DNA of 64,000 nt. Origin: Octopus sinensis (Eukaryota). Positions 39,143 to 50,571 of the stretch are shown piece by piece. The number at the start of each line of letters is the position of its first letter. Position 1 is the first letter of the stretch. The translations under genes were made by a program, and so were the position numbers. The stretch spans positions 127,596,001 through 127,660,000 of the forward strand of contig NC_043000.1 of NCBI RefSeq assembly GCF_006345805.1. Reading direction: 5' to 3'. Under the pieces are notes generated by a model that ran no database searches, was not told the origin of the DNA, and saw nothing but the letters and a program-made list of their open reading frames with translations.

Positions 39143-39709
39143 TTATTATTATTATTATTAAAAACACATGATGACAACGTTCAGAAATGATGATAACAAA
39201 ATGCTAGACAAAATGTAATGTAAATTTACAGAGTAAAGATGACAAAACCATGAGCTCTTGCTGCTGCTGTTGCTGATGATGATGACGGTGGTGGTGACGG
39301 CGGCAGCGGTCAGAGATTGAGCTCATCAAAAAGTAATGTAAATGTAATTACCGTAATATATACAAACTAAAGACTAAGTTAAATGTCTAACAAAGTGTAT
39401 CTGCTTACTAAACAATGCCCTGACTCTGAACATTAAATAATTTAATCAAAACTGTATTGTTTGCCGGTCCAAACTTTATTCTGAACTAGTTAATTATTTA
39501 TACTACAGCTTTCGTGATTGCATCTCTGACTATAAGGCCCCTTTAAAACCTCAACTTTAACCCATTCTTTTCACTCATGTAGCAGTTATACCAGTCACCA
39601 TGGATGGATAGCAACTAACTAAAGTTCCTTTATGGTTCTGTAAATGAACTTCTAGATCAGCATTTCAACTGCAACTATGCCATCTTCTCTAACAAATATT
39701 CGGGACTAA

Positions 39710-40056
39710 TTAAGTTAAGTTAAGTTAATTTTTTGGCTCAAAAAGCAAGGCCATGTAGGGGGACATGGAGTTATGTATAGGGTGGTGTTCATGCAAAGAG
39801 TTCAGGCCATTTGTGGTCAAGGGAGACTTTGAACCGAGCGGTCGTCAGCATCTTCACTATCTCGTCTGGCAGCTTATTCAACGGATCCGCAACCCAGACG
39901 GAGAAACCCACTCTCCTTCGATTGAGATGAAATCGTCGCAGATAGAGCTTTTCAGAGTGACCCCCGCAGCCAACGCTCTGGAGCAGGAGTGAAGAACAGC
40001 TCTTTCGAGAGGTTACACTTTCCGTTTATGATGTTGTGAGCAAGAATGAGATCACC
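39710..40056 (-). mobile_element. CR1-clade LINE 3' fragment
   Basis: GDLILAHNIING...RG HSEKL...FSVWVADPLNKLPDEIV...FKVSLD; (ttaac)n tail. Confidence 0.8.
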
Positions 40057-40354
40057 ATGCTAGTATGGGCTGGGTGGTTTTTCAGAGACAGTGTTTCTCA
40101 GCCAGATGCCCTTCTTGTTACCGGTGCTTTTAGTCATCTCATGATATGCAGGGAAGCTGTATACCTACCTTAAACTAGGATACACTCAGTCTTCTATTTT
40201 AATTCATTTCACATCAATTTAACCCATTTGACAACAACCCAACTGAAACCACTCTTGGTTCTATGTTATATATTTCCTGTTTTAACCCTCTGGCATTCAG
40301 ATGACTCATTCAAATGTTATACTTATTTATTTATATTTTTCTTAATTAATCATG

Positions 40355-40815
40355 CCTTACTTCCCTGGGCCTGGATACATTGAAACTACAACGTCTGGCA
40401 GCTAACTTGACAGACACCCATAAAATTATTAACCATCTTACTAACAGTAACTCTGAGCACCTTTTCAAACTCCACCTGTCTAATACCCGTGGACATGTTT
40501 AAGAAGTCAGAAAACAGCATAGCTCCCATGACTTTCGGAAACATTTTTTCATGCTAAGAGTTACTGAAGTATGGAACAAACTGCCAGCATCAGTTGTTAG
40601 TTGTCGGAGCACTGCATCCTTCAAAACTTCCATGCTTCCTGAGATTCACCAACACTACACCTGATTTTCTCCCCTCCATACACATGCAAGCATGTATCTG
40701 AATCATACACTGTTCACTTTCCAGACATTTGTACATTACTGCATATGCTTTATACACACTTTTGACAAGTTGTGGTGCACCTGAGCACTGTATACAATAA
40801 TTTCGTCATTATTAT
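40355..40815 (+). mobile_element. CR1-clade LINE 3' fragment nested in a piggyBac MITE
   Basis: LGLDTLKLQRL...NTRGH...FRKHFFMLRVTEVWNKLPASVV...SFK; (att)n tail. Confidence 0.85.
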
Positions 40816-40907
40816 TATCTCGTAGTTTCAAAATTATGATGATGTGATTATTTATTTTTAGAAAGGGATGAGGCTGGTATGCTCTGCTGGATGTGTCATG
40901 TAAGTGT

Positions 40908-41021
40908 GAACCCAGATTTGAAATTTCCCCAAGACACCTGAAGAAGGCTGGAGGGTATATCAGCTGAAACATTGTGTTAACAACAAACAAGATGAGGACA
41001 AATATCCGTCGAATATAAATA
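40908..41021 (+). mobile_element. 5'-truncated hammerhead-containing retroelement with 10-bp TSD
   Basis: Near-identical to 44132-44249; atgtaagtgt at 40898-40907 and 41022-41031. Confidence 0.85.
40933..40978 (+). ncRNA. minimal type-I hammerhead ribozyme motif (CpG-decayed)
   Basis: gacac-CTGAAGA-a-ggctg(gagggtatat)cagct-GAAAC-ATT-gtgtt. Confidence 0.55.
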
Positions 41022-41640
41022 ATGTAAGTGTACATGTTTGACAGAGTGCTAGTGTTTTTGAGAGAGAAGTTAGGCATAAGAATTAGATGCTGATTGCAAG
41101 AGAGAAGACTGTGCTGGTTTGGTCATGTGATGCAGATGGGTGCTGACATCACCATAAAGAAGTGCTGATCTCTCAAAGTAGATGGAAGACATGGAAGTGG
41201 GAGACCCAGGAAGACATGGGATGAAGTACTGAAGAACAACCTCAGGGTGCTGAACCTTTCAGGCAAGATAACAAAGGACCAAGATACCTGGCATTTTGCT
41301 GTACTCAAGAAGACCCATACTCCACAGTAGTCACTCTGGTGGTGAAAAACACTTGTGGAAGTGTCATATAAAAGTATCCATGTGGTACCACATAAAAGCA
41401 ATCATGTGGTTCCACATAAAAACACCTATGTGGTGCCGCATAAAAGTGCCCATGTGGCACTATATAAAAGCACCTGTGTGGTGCCACATAAAAGCATCAA
41501 TGCAGTGCCACATAAAGGCACCCAGCATACAGTGGTTGGCATTAGGAAGGGCCGTAGAAACCATGTCAAATTAGACTGGAGTCTGGTGCAGCTTCCCAGC
41601 TTGACAGCTCTTGTCAAACCATCCAACCTCTGCCATTACG

Positions 41641-41870
41641 TTAACCCTTTTGATACCAACTCGGCTGAAACCGGCTCTGGCTCTGCGGTACAAATGTCTT
41701 GATTTCATAAATTTTGAATTAAAATCTTCCACGAAACCATAATCACAATTAATGGTCTCTGACACTAGCTGAATGGTAACTAAGTTATTTTACTAAATTC
41801 TTTGTTATATCTAAAATAATTGAGAAAAACACAGAGCATCTCAAAATAAATACAGTAACGAAAGGGTTAA
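41641..41870. mobile_element. complete piggyBac-type MITE (family 1)
   Basis: TTAA-cccttt ... aaaggg-TTAA, inserted at the TTAA of the RTE tail. Confidence 0.85.
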
Positions 41871-42239
41871 ATGATGATGATGATGATGATGATGATGATA
41901 AATGACATTGTAAGGTAGGTTGAGAGGCCAAATCTGGCCAGTTTGAACATAAAACAGATAGAATATTTGGACCAGATATGGCCAGGTTAAATGCTAAAGG
42001 GTTAAAGTGTTCTAAATTAAAGCCGTCCATCAAAATTTTATGTTGATTTATGTTCCATATACTAACTTAACAATGACAAAGCAATTTTACTAAAATTTCA
42101 TAATATAGAAAAAGATGCCATCAATATCTGCACAGCAAAGCATTAGTTCTTAAATGGTGCACTGTAAGAAGGATAAAGCATAGCTTATTAACTAGTTTTG
42201 CTGCAGACTTTTAAAAGTATAATTTAAGGCTTTATTTTT

Positions 42240-42444
42240 TTATTCTTTTATTTGCTTCAGTCATTTGACTGTGGCCACACTGGAGCACCGCCTTTAGTCG
42301 AGCAAATCGACCCCAGGACTTATTCTTTGTAAGCCCAGTACTTATTCTATCAGTCTGTCTTGCTGAACTGCGAAGTGATGGGGACATAAACACACCAGCA
42401 TCGGTTGTCAAGCGATTTTGGGGGGACAAACACAGACACCCAAG

Positions 42445-42487
<43 letters not shown>

Positions 42488-42635
42488 GACAGGCTTCTTT
42501 CAGTTTCCGTCTTCCAAATCCACTTACAAGGCTTTGTTCGGCCTGAAGCTATAGTAGAAGTCACTTACCCAAGGTGCCACGCAGTGAGACTGAACTCGGA
42601 ACCATGTGGTTGGTAAGCAAGCTACTTACCACACA
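42240..42635 (-). mobile_element. SINE-A, full length
   Basis: Consensus match. Confidence 0.9.
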
Positions 42636-43286
42636 ATCTATATTTATGGCTTCACACCTTGGAAAAAAAAACTTGTTATTCATAATTTTATTTACGAACT
42701 TCTTTCTTTCTCTTCTTTTCCTTTTTTATCCTTCTTATTTAGTTTTCTTCATCTCTCTGTCCTTCTCCCCTTCTCTCTTGTATCTTGGGTATTTCCTTTT
42801 TATTCTTTTGCTTTCTCTCTATTTCTCTCCCATCCATCCAACTTTGGACACAGTCATCTGTAATTTGATGCAATAAAGTGGTCCCTGGAGATCTGTAGGG
42901 GTTGAACATCTATATGCATTTGAAATGTCTATCACAGGGCTTCAAACAACCATAATGACGAAACACATGTAGGAAATTTAATACAAACTAGTGTTTATCC
43001 TTATTTTTCCTATATATATATACATATATATATATTTATATTTATATACATATAAAGAAATAGATATGTAGTTAAGAAGTTCAATTTGGAATTAAGTGGT
43101 GTGAAGTTTGCTCCCACACCATACACAATGTCCTGTGTTGTTTACTGGGAATATAAACATGGCATCACTTTTTTGCTCTGACAAAGTCATGCAAAGATAT
43201 GGTAAGTAAGCATTCATGCGCACAAACACACACACAGAGGCTTCCATATAGTTTCTTCATACTAATTTCACCCACAAGGCATTGAT

Positions 43287-43983
43287 TCACTCTGTCCTGA
43301 TGTCATATGGACCGCATATCTTTTGTATCTTTATGGAGAGGCCTTTTACATAGGGTAGACGGACTGCGGACAGTTTATTGGCTTCATCCTCTCTTTTCTT
43401 CATAATTGCAGTGGATTGTATGTTTTGGGGGTAGTTGTTGCTTAATAGATTGTTACTGAGCTTGATCATTTTTTCATGGATGAAACCAATAAACTGTTCA
43501 CAGTCTGTCTAACCAATGTAAAAGGCCTCTCCGAAAAGATACAAAAGATATGTGGCCCATATGACATCGGGACAGTATTCAAGAGTAATACGATACTTCG
43601 CAAATAACTCCTTCGAGTAAAACCACCAATAGAAGAGAATATGGCCGAAAACTGCGTATACTCCATCCCATGCAGCTGTGGTAGGTCATACAAAGGTGAA
43701 ACATGCTGCCCCCTCAAAATAAGGATAGAGGAACATCGCAAAGCTGTGACACAAGGAGATATTGATAAATTGGGTATAGATGATCATGTATTGGAAAATG
43801 GAGACTACCTCCCCCTGTGGGATGAAGTTAAAAATAATAGACAGAGAACACCACTGGAAAATACAAAAACTAAAAGCAGCAACACATATGCTACAACACA
43901 ACAACCTCCTAAGCAGACCGAGTGCAGATATGAATAGCATATGGGAACCAGTATTAAGGAAGGATTGGATTTATAAGCCCTAA
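43287..43983 (+). pseudogene. Penelope-like element remnant: GIY-YIG endonuclease region with an inverted 5' segment
   Basis: LPYVKGLS(E)KIQKI linker; NCVYSIPCSCGRSYKGET..PLKIRIEEH..; IIDREHHWK..; 43292-43389 is an inverted copy of 43478-43575. Confidence 0.9.
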
Positions 43984-44005
43984 AATTCACTCCATAATTG
44001 CCCAT

Positions 44006-44249
44006 GGGCATATGGCATAGTGGTTAAGAGTGTGGGCTACTAACCCTAAGATTCTGAGTTCAATTCCAGGCAGTGACCTGAATAATGATAATAGCAGTAG
44101 CAGTCGTCGTCGAAAAATACCTTAGGAATGAGAACCCAGGTTCGAAATTTCCCCAAGACACCTGATGAAGGCTGGAGGGTATATCAGCCAAAAAGGTTGT
44201 GTTAACAACAAATAAGATGAGGACAAATAGCCATCAAATGTAAATAATG
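44006..44249 (+). mobile_element. tRNA-headed, hammerhead-tailed module directly downstream of the PLE ORF
   Basis: A-box tggcatagtgg, B-box gagttcaattcc, (aat)-like linker, CTGATGA at 44162. Confidence 0.75.
44157..44203 (+). ncRNA. minimal type-I hammerhead ribozyme motif (GAAA box mutated)
   Basis: gacac-CTGATGA-a-ggctg(gagggtatat)cagcc-aaaaag-GTT-gtgtt. Confidence 0.5.
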
Positions 44250-45179
44250 CTGAAAATAGGATGTGCCAAAATGTCTTATGGCCTGGATCTAAGGTTGAAG
44301 AACAAGTTAGAGTACAAAGACTAAGTTCTAATTTTGATTTTGACATGTCTGTAAGTAGAATTAGGACGTTTATAATTACATTTTCATAGAATCATGCTTA
44401 GACTGCTAGACCAATTATTTTTCACATCCTAGAATATATATTCGGCCAATGAAACAAATGTATTTACATCAGAGTTGTGAAAGGATATTGAAACTTATTT
44501 CACAAAGATTGACAAGATAAGAAAGAAATAAAATGGAAGGACAGGCTAGGACAGGAAACTTTTGAATCAAATTGCATACAATTTCTATTTTACATTATTG
44601 AATTTAAACTTATGATCAGATAATAATCTTATTCAGCAAACAGTAATCAATTGTGAGCGTTGTTTGGACAAACAATGCAAAATATAAGCAGATATAAGTT
44701 TGTTGTTGATATTGTTTAACTTTATCTTGATCAGGCAGACCCAGAGAATAGTCCAGCTTTGACCACATCAGTTTTTTTTTTGTTTTCTCTGTTCAGGCAT
44801 GATGTAACCAGGACTACATCAGTCAATATATACCTTCTCCAAGGTGCTAGGATATGGTTTGAGGAAGATTTGTCCACTATGTTTAGCATGTTGAGAAGCC
44901 ATATAGAGGTTCCCATTATAGGTTGATACAAATAAATTTGTATGTAGTAGCGGAGATATAAATTTTTAAGTTTCACTTAGGACTCTTCTTAGCAGGAATT
45001 AAAGAAAACGAATATTTTTGTCACCACTGCGCAATGTAAAATGCATTCGTGGTCATTAATTTAATTAATGATTTCTGTCTTCACAGACCACCTCTAGTTT
45101 CCTTGAAACCGATTTTTGTTTTATGAGAAACATTAATCACAATGCTGTACTCAACCTATCAAGTTGTGAAACCTATGCC

Positions 45180-45815
45180 AAGTGCCATCTTAAGACATTG
45201 GCACACTGGGCAGTTGCCTAGGAGCCACACGGATCTAAGAGCCCAGTTAAGATTTATGCCTGTTGTGGCCACTGTCAATAAACAAATTCTATAGGACCAA
45301 GTGCATTGATTTTCCAAGAGTCTCATGGGTCTAGGGGCCCAATTCTAATATATGTATGTTTTAGCTTGCAATCAATAAATACTATAGGGCCCAATGCATT
45401 GATTTTCTTGGGAGCCTCATGGGTCTAGGAGACCAATCCTAATCTATGTATTTTATGGCTTGCTGTCTATAAACAACTACTCTAGGGCCCAGTGCCCTAA
45501 TTTTCCAAGGGTCTCATGGGGCTACGGTCCAATTCTAATCTATGCATGTTGTAGCTTGCAATCAATAAATACTATAGGGCTCAATGCATTTTGTTGGGAG
45601 CCTCATGGGTCTAGGAGCCCAATCTTAATTTATGTATTTTATGGCTTGCTGTCTATAAACAACTACTGCAGGGCCCAGAGCATGGATTTTCTTGGGGCCT
45701 CATAGGGCTAAGGTCAAATTCTACTCTATGCATGTTGTAGCTTGTAATTAATAAATACTATAGGGCCCAATACACTGTATTTTATCCTGGGCAAATCAAT
45801 TCTGTAAAGACAACC
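45180..45815. repeat. ~94-nt minisatellite (alternating A/B units) inside a MITE-like shell
   Basis: Units begin catgggtctagg at ~45324, 45418, 45515, 45604, 45701; related single-unit element reversed at 54850-55222. Confidence 0.8.
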
Positions 45816-46437
45816 AACCCTGCCCATGTCAAGTAGACAGGCATTACAAGATTATGAGAGGATAATATGTGACAATACATGTCTGGTCTGCCTCCTGGAA
45901 CTGGACATGATCATTCTCCTCTCCCTCATAACCACCATTACCTCAAAAGGACACTTTTTATAATCACTTGACATATCAAAAATAGCAACCAAATCTCCCT
46001 CAAATCACTCCTTGCCCTCTCAAAAAGGGATCACGTTGGATAATATAGCCCAAAAAATACAAAAGGACAAATGGCTGAGGCTAGAGTGCCTCATTTAATC
46101 ATAGGCTCCTGAATTAATGGAGGCAGGTGGATAAGTGGTTAGGGTGGTGCACTCATGATCATAAGATTGCAGTTTCAGTTCTTGGACTGGACAATGCACT
46201 GTGTTCTTGAGCAAAACACTTCATTTAATGTTGCTCCGTTTATTGTAACTTCTTGCTACAGTTTATTAAATAACTCCAATATAGACAGAATTCTGTACCC
46301 CTAAATACTTAACCCAATACAATTTCAAATCACCATCAGCCTACTTTGGAATGCAAACACCGACTTTTCATTCCTATATTCCTCATATAGGATTTTTTGT
46401 TCCTATATTCTGTATGCTCTCATAAACTTCATCTCTC

Positions 46438-46990
46438 ACATCATCATCATCATCACATCATCGTTTAACGTCCGCTTTCCATGCTAGCATGGGTTGGACG
46501 ATTTGACTGAGGACTGGCGAACCAGATGGCTGCACCAGGCTTCAATCTGAACTGGCAGAGTTTCTACAGCTGGATGCCCTTCCTAACACCAACCACTCCG
46601 AGAGTGTGGTGGGTGCTTTTATGTGCCACCGGCACAAGGGCCAGTCAGGTGGTACTGGCAACGGCCACACTCAAATGGCGTTTTTTTACATCCCACCTGC
46701 ACAGGTGCCAGTCCATTGGCACTGGCAATGACCTCGCTCAAATGTTTTTTCACGTGCCACCGGCACAAGTGCCAGTAAGGCGACACTGGTAACAATCATG
46801 CTCATCATCATCATCAATTAACGTCCGCTTTCCATGCTAGCATGGGATGGACGATTTGACTAAGGACTGGCAAAGCTGGTAACGATCACGTTTGAATGGT
46901 GCTTTTTACGTGCCACCGACATGGAAGCTTGTTAGCTGCTCTGGCAACAATCACACTCAGATGATGCTCTTAGCGCTCCACTAGCACGGA
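46438..46990 (-). mobile_element. RTE 3' UTR (family C) with a second short C tail nested at 46803-46875
   Basis: Consensus match; ctggtaacaatca / ctggtaacgatca flank the nested piece. Confidence 0.85.
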
Positions 46991-47705
46991 TACACAAACC
47001 ATTCAAATTCTTCATTGATGATTGCATATGTTACAAACTGAAGAAAGTCTTCCCAAAAGGATTGAAATTCCATGATTTCAGGGCTATCACTAACTTCCAT
47101 AGTCTTTGGTTCACTCTTTCACATTGACTAATTCTTCTAAGGATATAAAATAAGGAATTGTGTAAAGTAGAACTACCCACTACATCTCTTGAGGAAATGG
47201 GTAATACTAGAGAATAAATCAGACAATATTGAAATTAGAAACATCTCCCTATAACCAAACAAACTTTGCAGAATCCCAATGAGAAGCTGTTCTGTTTGAA
47301 ATAATTCACTCAATTTGGTCTCTGCTTTCAACTGCTACCTGTGAGGTACCTCATGATCATTTTAACCTCCCTAAACACTATTTTCCAATCAGCACCTATC
47401 TACCTTATTGGCTAATTTCTCTAGGCCATGCCCTTATATCTCATAAAATGCAATTGCACACATACAAAAGTGATTCTCGAGTACAGGAAGCTGAACTCCT
47501 TAAATGCAATGAGAAAATTGTATTGTTCAGAAAAAAACAATAGAGTGAGGGCCTTGTCACTTTTCGTGATTTGTGACATCTCCTACGGAAACTGCTAAGG
47601 CAGATGGTGTCGGACTTATCACCATTCGAATCTTAATATTCCCACATTTCATTTTTCATTTTACAATAATATTTTTCGAGAAGGATATTCTTTCCATAGC
47701 AGGAG

Positions 47706-48050
47706 CATCATCATCATTTAATGTCCGCTTTCCATACTGCCATGGATTGGATGGTTTGTTTGACTGAGGACTGACAAGCCAGGAGGCTACCAGGCTCTTA
47801 TCTGATCTGGCAAGGCTTCTACAGCTGGATGCCCTTCCTAATGCCAGTCACTGAAAGTGTAGTGGGTGCTTTTTATGTGCCACTGGCAAAGGAGCCGGTC
47901 AGGTGGCACTGGCATCGACCACACTCAAATGGTGCTTTTTATGTGCCACCAGCACAGTAGCCAGTCAGGTGGCACTGGCATCGACCACACTCAAATGGTG
48001 CTTTTTACGTGCCACTGGCAAGAGAGCCAGTCAGGCGACACTGGCAATGC
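47706..48050 (-). mobile_element. RTE 3' UTR (family C) with ~66-nt tandem units
   Basis: Consensus match. Confidence 0.8.
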
Positions 48051-50537
48051 AAACACACCATCATCATTTCAATGTCATTTTTCTATGCTTCCTTTTGTTA
48101 GACAAGGGTATATTGAAGCAAAGTTTCTATGGCTGGATGTGCTTCTTACTGCTAACTCTCACCTGTTTCCATGTGAAATAATAATATCTGATTCTGTCAA
48201 AGAACAAACAACTCATTTATGGTTACACAGGGAAATGAAAACAAACAAGATTGTGCAACTTTCAAGACATGTCAAGAAGCCCAGACATGTTTTCATGGTG
48301 GATTGCAAGCAAAGGACATTGTCTGTATGACCAGAGAGGCTTTGTTTATGATCAGCAAACACGTGAAGATGAGAAATATGAACACACACACTCTCTCTCT
48401 CTTTCACACACACACACAATGAATGTATTTCTGTTTCCATCTATTAAATCTACTCACAAGGCTGGTCCAGTGATATAGTAGAAGACACTTGCCCAAGATA
48501 TCACACAGTGGGACTGAATTCCAAACAACATGGCACTGCTTTCACAGACATACACACACACACACATAAACACACAAAGTTGGACAGTTTAGCCTTACCA
48601 GCTCCTGTCAAACTGTCCGAGCCATGCCAGCATGGAAAACAGCCGTTAAATGATGATGATGATGCACACAATTATACACAGATAGCTTACTGCATTTACA
48701 AAATAACTCAACGACTTGTTAGTGTTTTCACAAAATAAAGAGATAGTGAAAGTATCACAGCTCATTTTACTAAACGATTTTGTCGGTATTTCATTAACAA
48801 AAAGTATCGTAACAAGGGGACGGACAGAGAGGTGGACATACACTGTTAATTAGTAGATAGTGGTGCTGTTTGCTTATTCCCAAAATTAATCTTCACAAAG
48901 TAGACTTATGATCAAAAGCATTTCAACCATAAAATTCCAGTTCAGACATGGTTTATCTAGGAGTCTATCACCTAGTGTGTTCCTCATGTATTTGATCAGT
49001 TCGGATCAGCTATTCTAGCCGTGATCCTTCGTCTTTTCGTCTATCAATGGCTCCAGTATCCAATGCATCCGATTTAAGGAGTCTCTAATAATAGCAGATA
49101 GAACGATCAGGTAGAAGGGGGACCCCTCATTGGTTCGTAAATATAGAGCGTTTGTGTACACTGGTAAAGATGATAGTGTTGGTAGCGAAAGTAATGCTGT
49201 TAGTGATGGTACACTTTTAAGTCCCTCTGTACGGAATTGCGTAGGGGTAGAATCTTCGCTGCCAGTCTGTCGTTGCTACAGTGAAGTAATTGAAGTAATA
49301 AGTTATAGTAGTAACAGCAAAAGTAAGTTATTGCTGTTGTTTCCGTACTTTCGTCGGTTGTAACAGTGGTTAAAATAGCGTGTTATAGTTAAGGCTCTAA
49401 TAGTATTATTGTTGTAACAGTTGCCGTGATCGTGGTAATAAGGAGTCGCAGCTAACTACCTGTAGCTATAAATACAAAAGTAAATAAAGATATCTTAGTG
49501 ATATATCTAAAAAGAAAACGAATGTGGCAAAGCAAGACAGTAAGATTCCAGGGTAAGATTCTCTCTCTCTCACTCTCTCTCTCAGGCGTCAAGACACTGA
49601 AAGCCAGAAATTAAACAACCCCAAAACCACCACCACCATCTACATTATTAAATAAATCACTTTTCTGCTAAGAAAGCCTCTTTATAGTCATTCGAGGATG
49701 CATTGAGTAATGTCCTAGACACGCTATTCCAGAAAAGAAACGAAACAGGTAGAAATGTGTTTGATATCTGTCAGCTTGATCAGGGCTGACTTGAGACTGA
49801 AAAACTATGTGTCTGGTTAAGCCGACAAACAATAGCTTGGACAGCCCACGGCAGGGGCCCTCTGGTAATATACGTAACCTATCATATAGTATATAAGTAA
49901 GTATCACAATATTCACCGAATGCTGAAGAATGGTTTGAATGTTTTCATTGATGTGTGTCGACAACTCAATGTTACACACACAAAATATATATATCTACCG
50001 TTTATAATATAAAGATTTTTAAAATCTTCTTTAACTCGGTATTTATTTTTAAATAGACAGCTTCTGATAAATGCCAAGGACGATACCGTCTTTGGTTGAC
50101 ACTATGCGGTCGCTTGATTGCTAGAAAAAGCAGTTAAAATCTTCCTCAAATCACATTACAATTTTAAGAGAACACATATATACATTGATACACTGTTAAA
50201 AGGGACAGGCTGGAATATCAGAACTGGAACCAATTTGGGGCTAAAACAACAAAGATTCATTATTTATTTGGTAGTGATTAACTGTCTATATGCACGTGAA
50301 AAATAATGTGAGGGAGGGATGGAGATGAGATTATGAACAAATAGAGCAAACTAGTGGCACATATGTAATGAGGAGGTACATAAACAAATGTGCAGAAATA
50401 GCCAAATAGGTTACATACAGCCCATTCATGCACGTAGGTATGTTTCTAATGAGGAACAAGAAGAACGGCGCGAAACTTAATCACATTCCAGTTTATTTCA
50501 TCCGTGTTGATACGTAGGCATATGTATGCATACACAC

Positions 50538-50571
<34 letters not shown>

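Larger units (their letters stand above)
40865..41900 (+). mobile_element. RTE LINE 3' remnant with ~25-nt repeat array in its 3' UTR; hosts two nested insertions
   Basis: Homologous to 29300-29620 (RLCWFGHV, GRPRKTW); repeats gtggtgccacataaaagcacc at 41350-41520. Confidence 0.8.

Noticed and set aside
44006-44078. tRNA gene calls for this and other A/B-box sequences
   Set aside because: Acceptor stems do not close and each continues into a repeat body; these are SINE-type heads
46250-47700. Non-microsatellite stretch that might be a decayed coding element
   Set aside because: No frame gave a motif I could recognise; left uncalled
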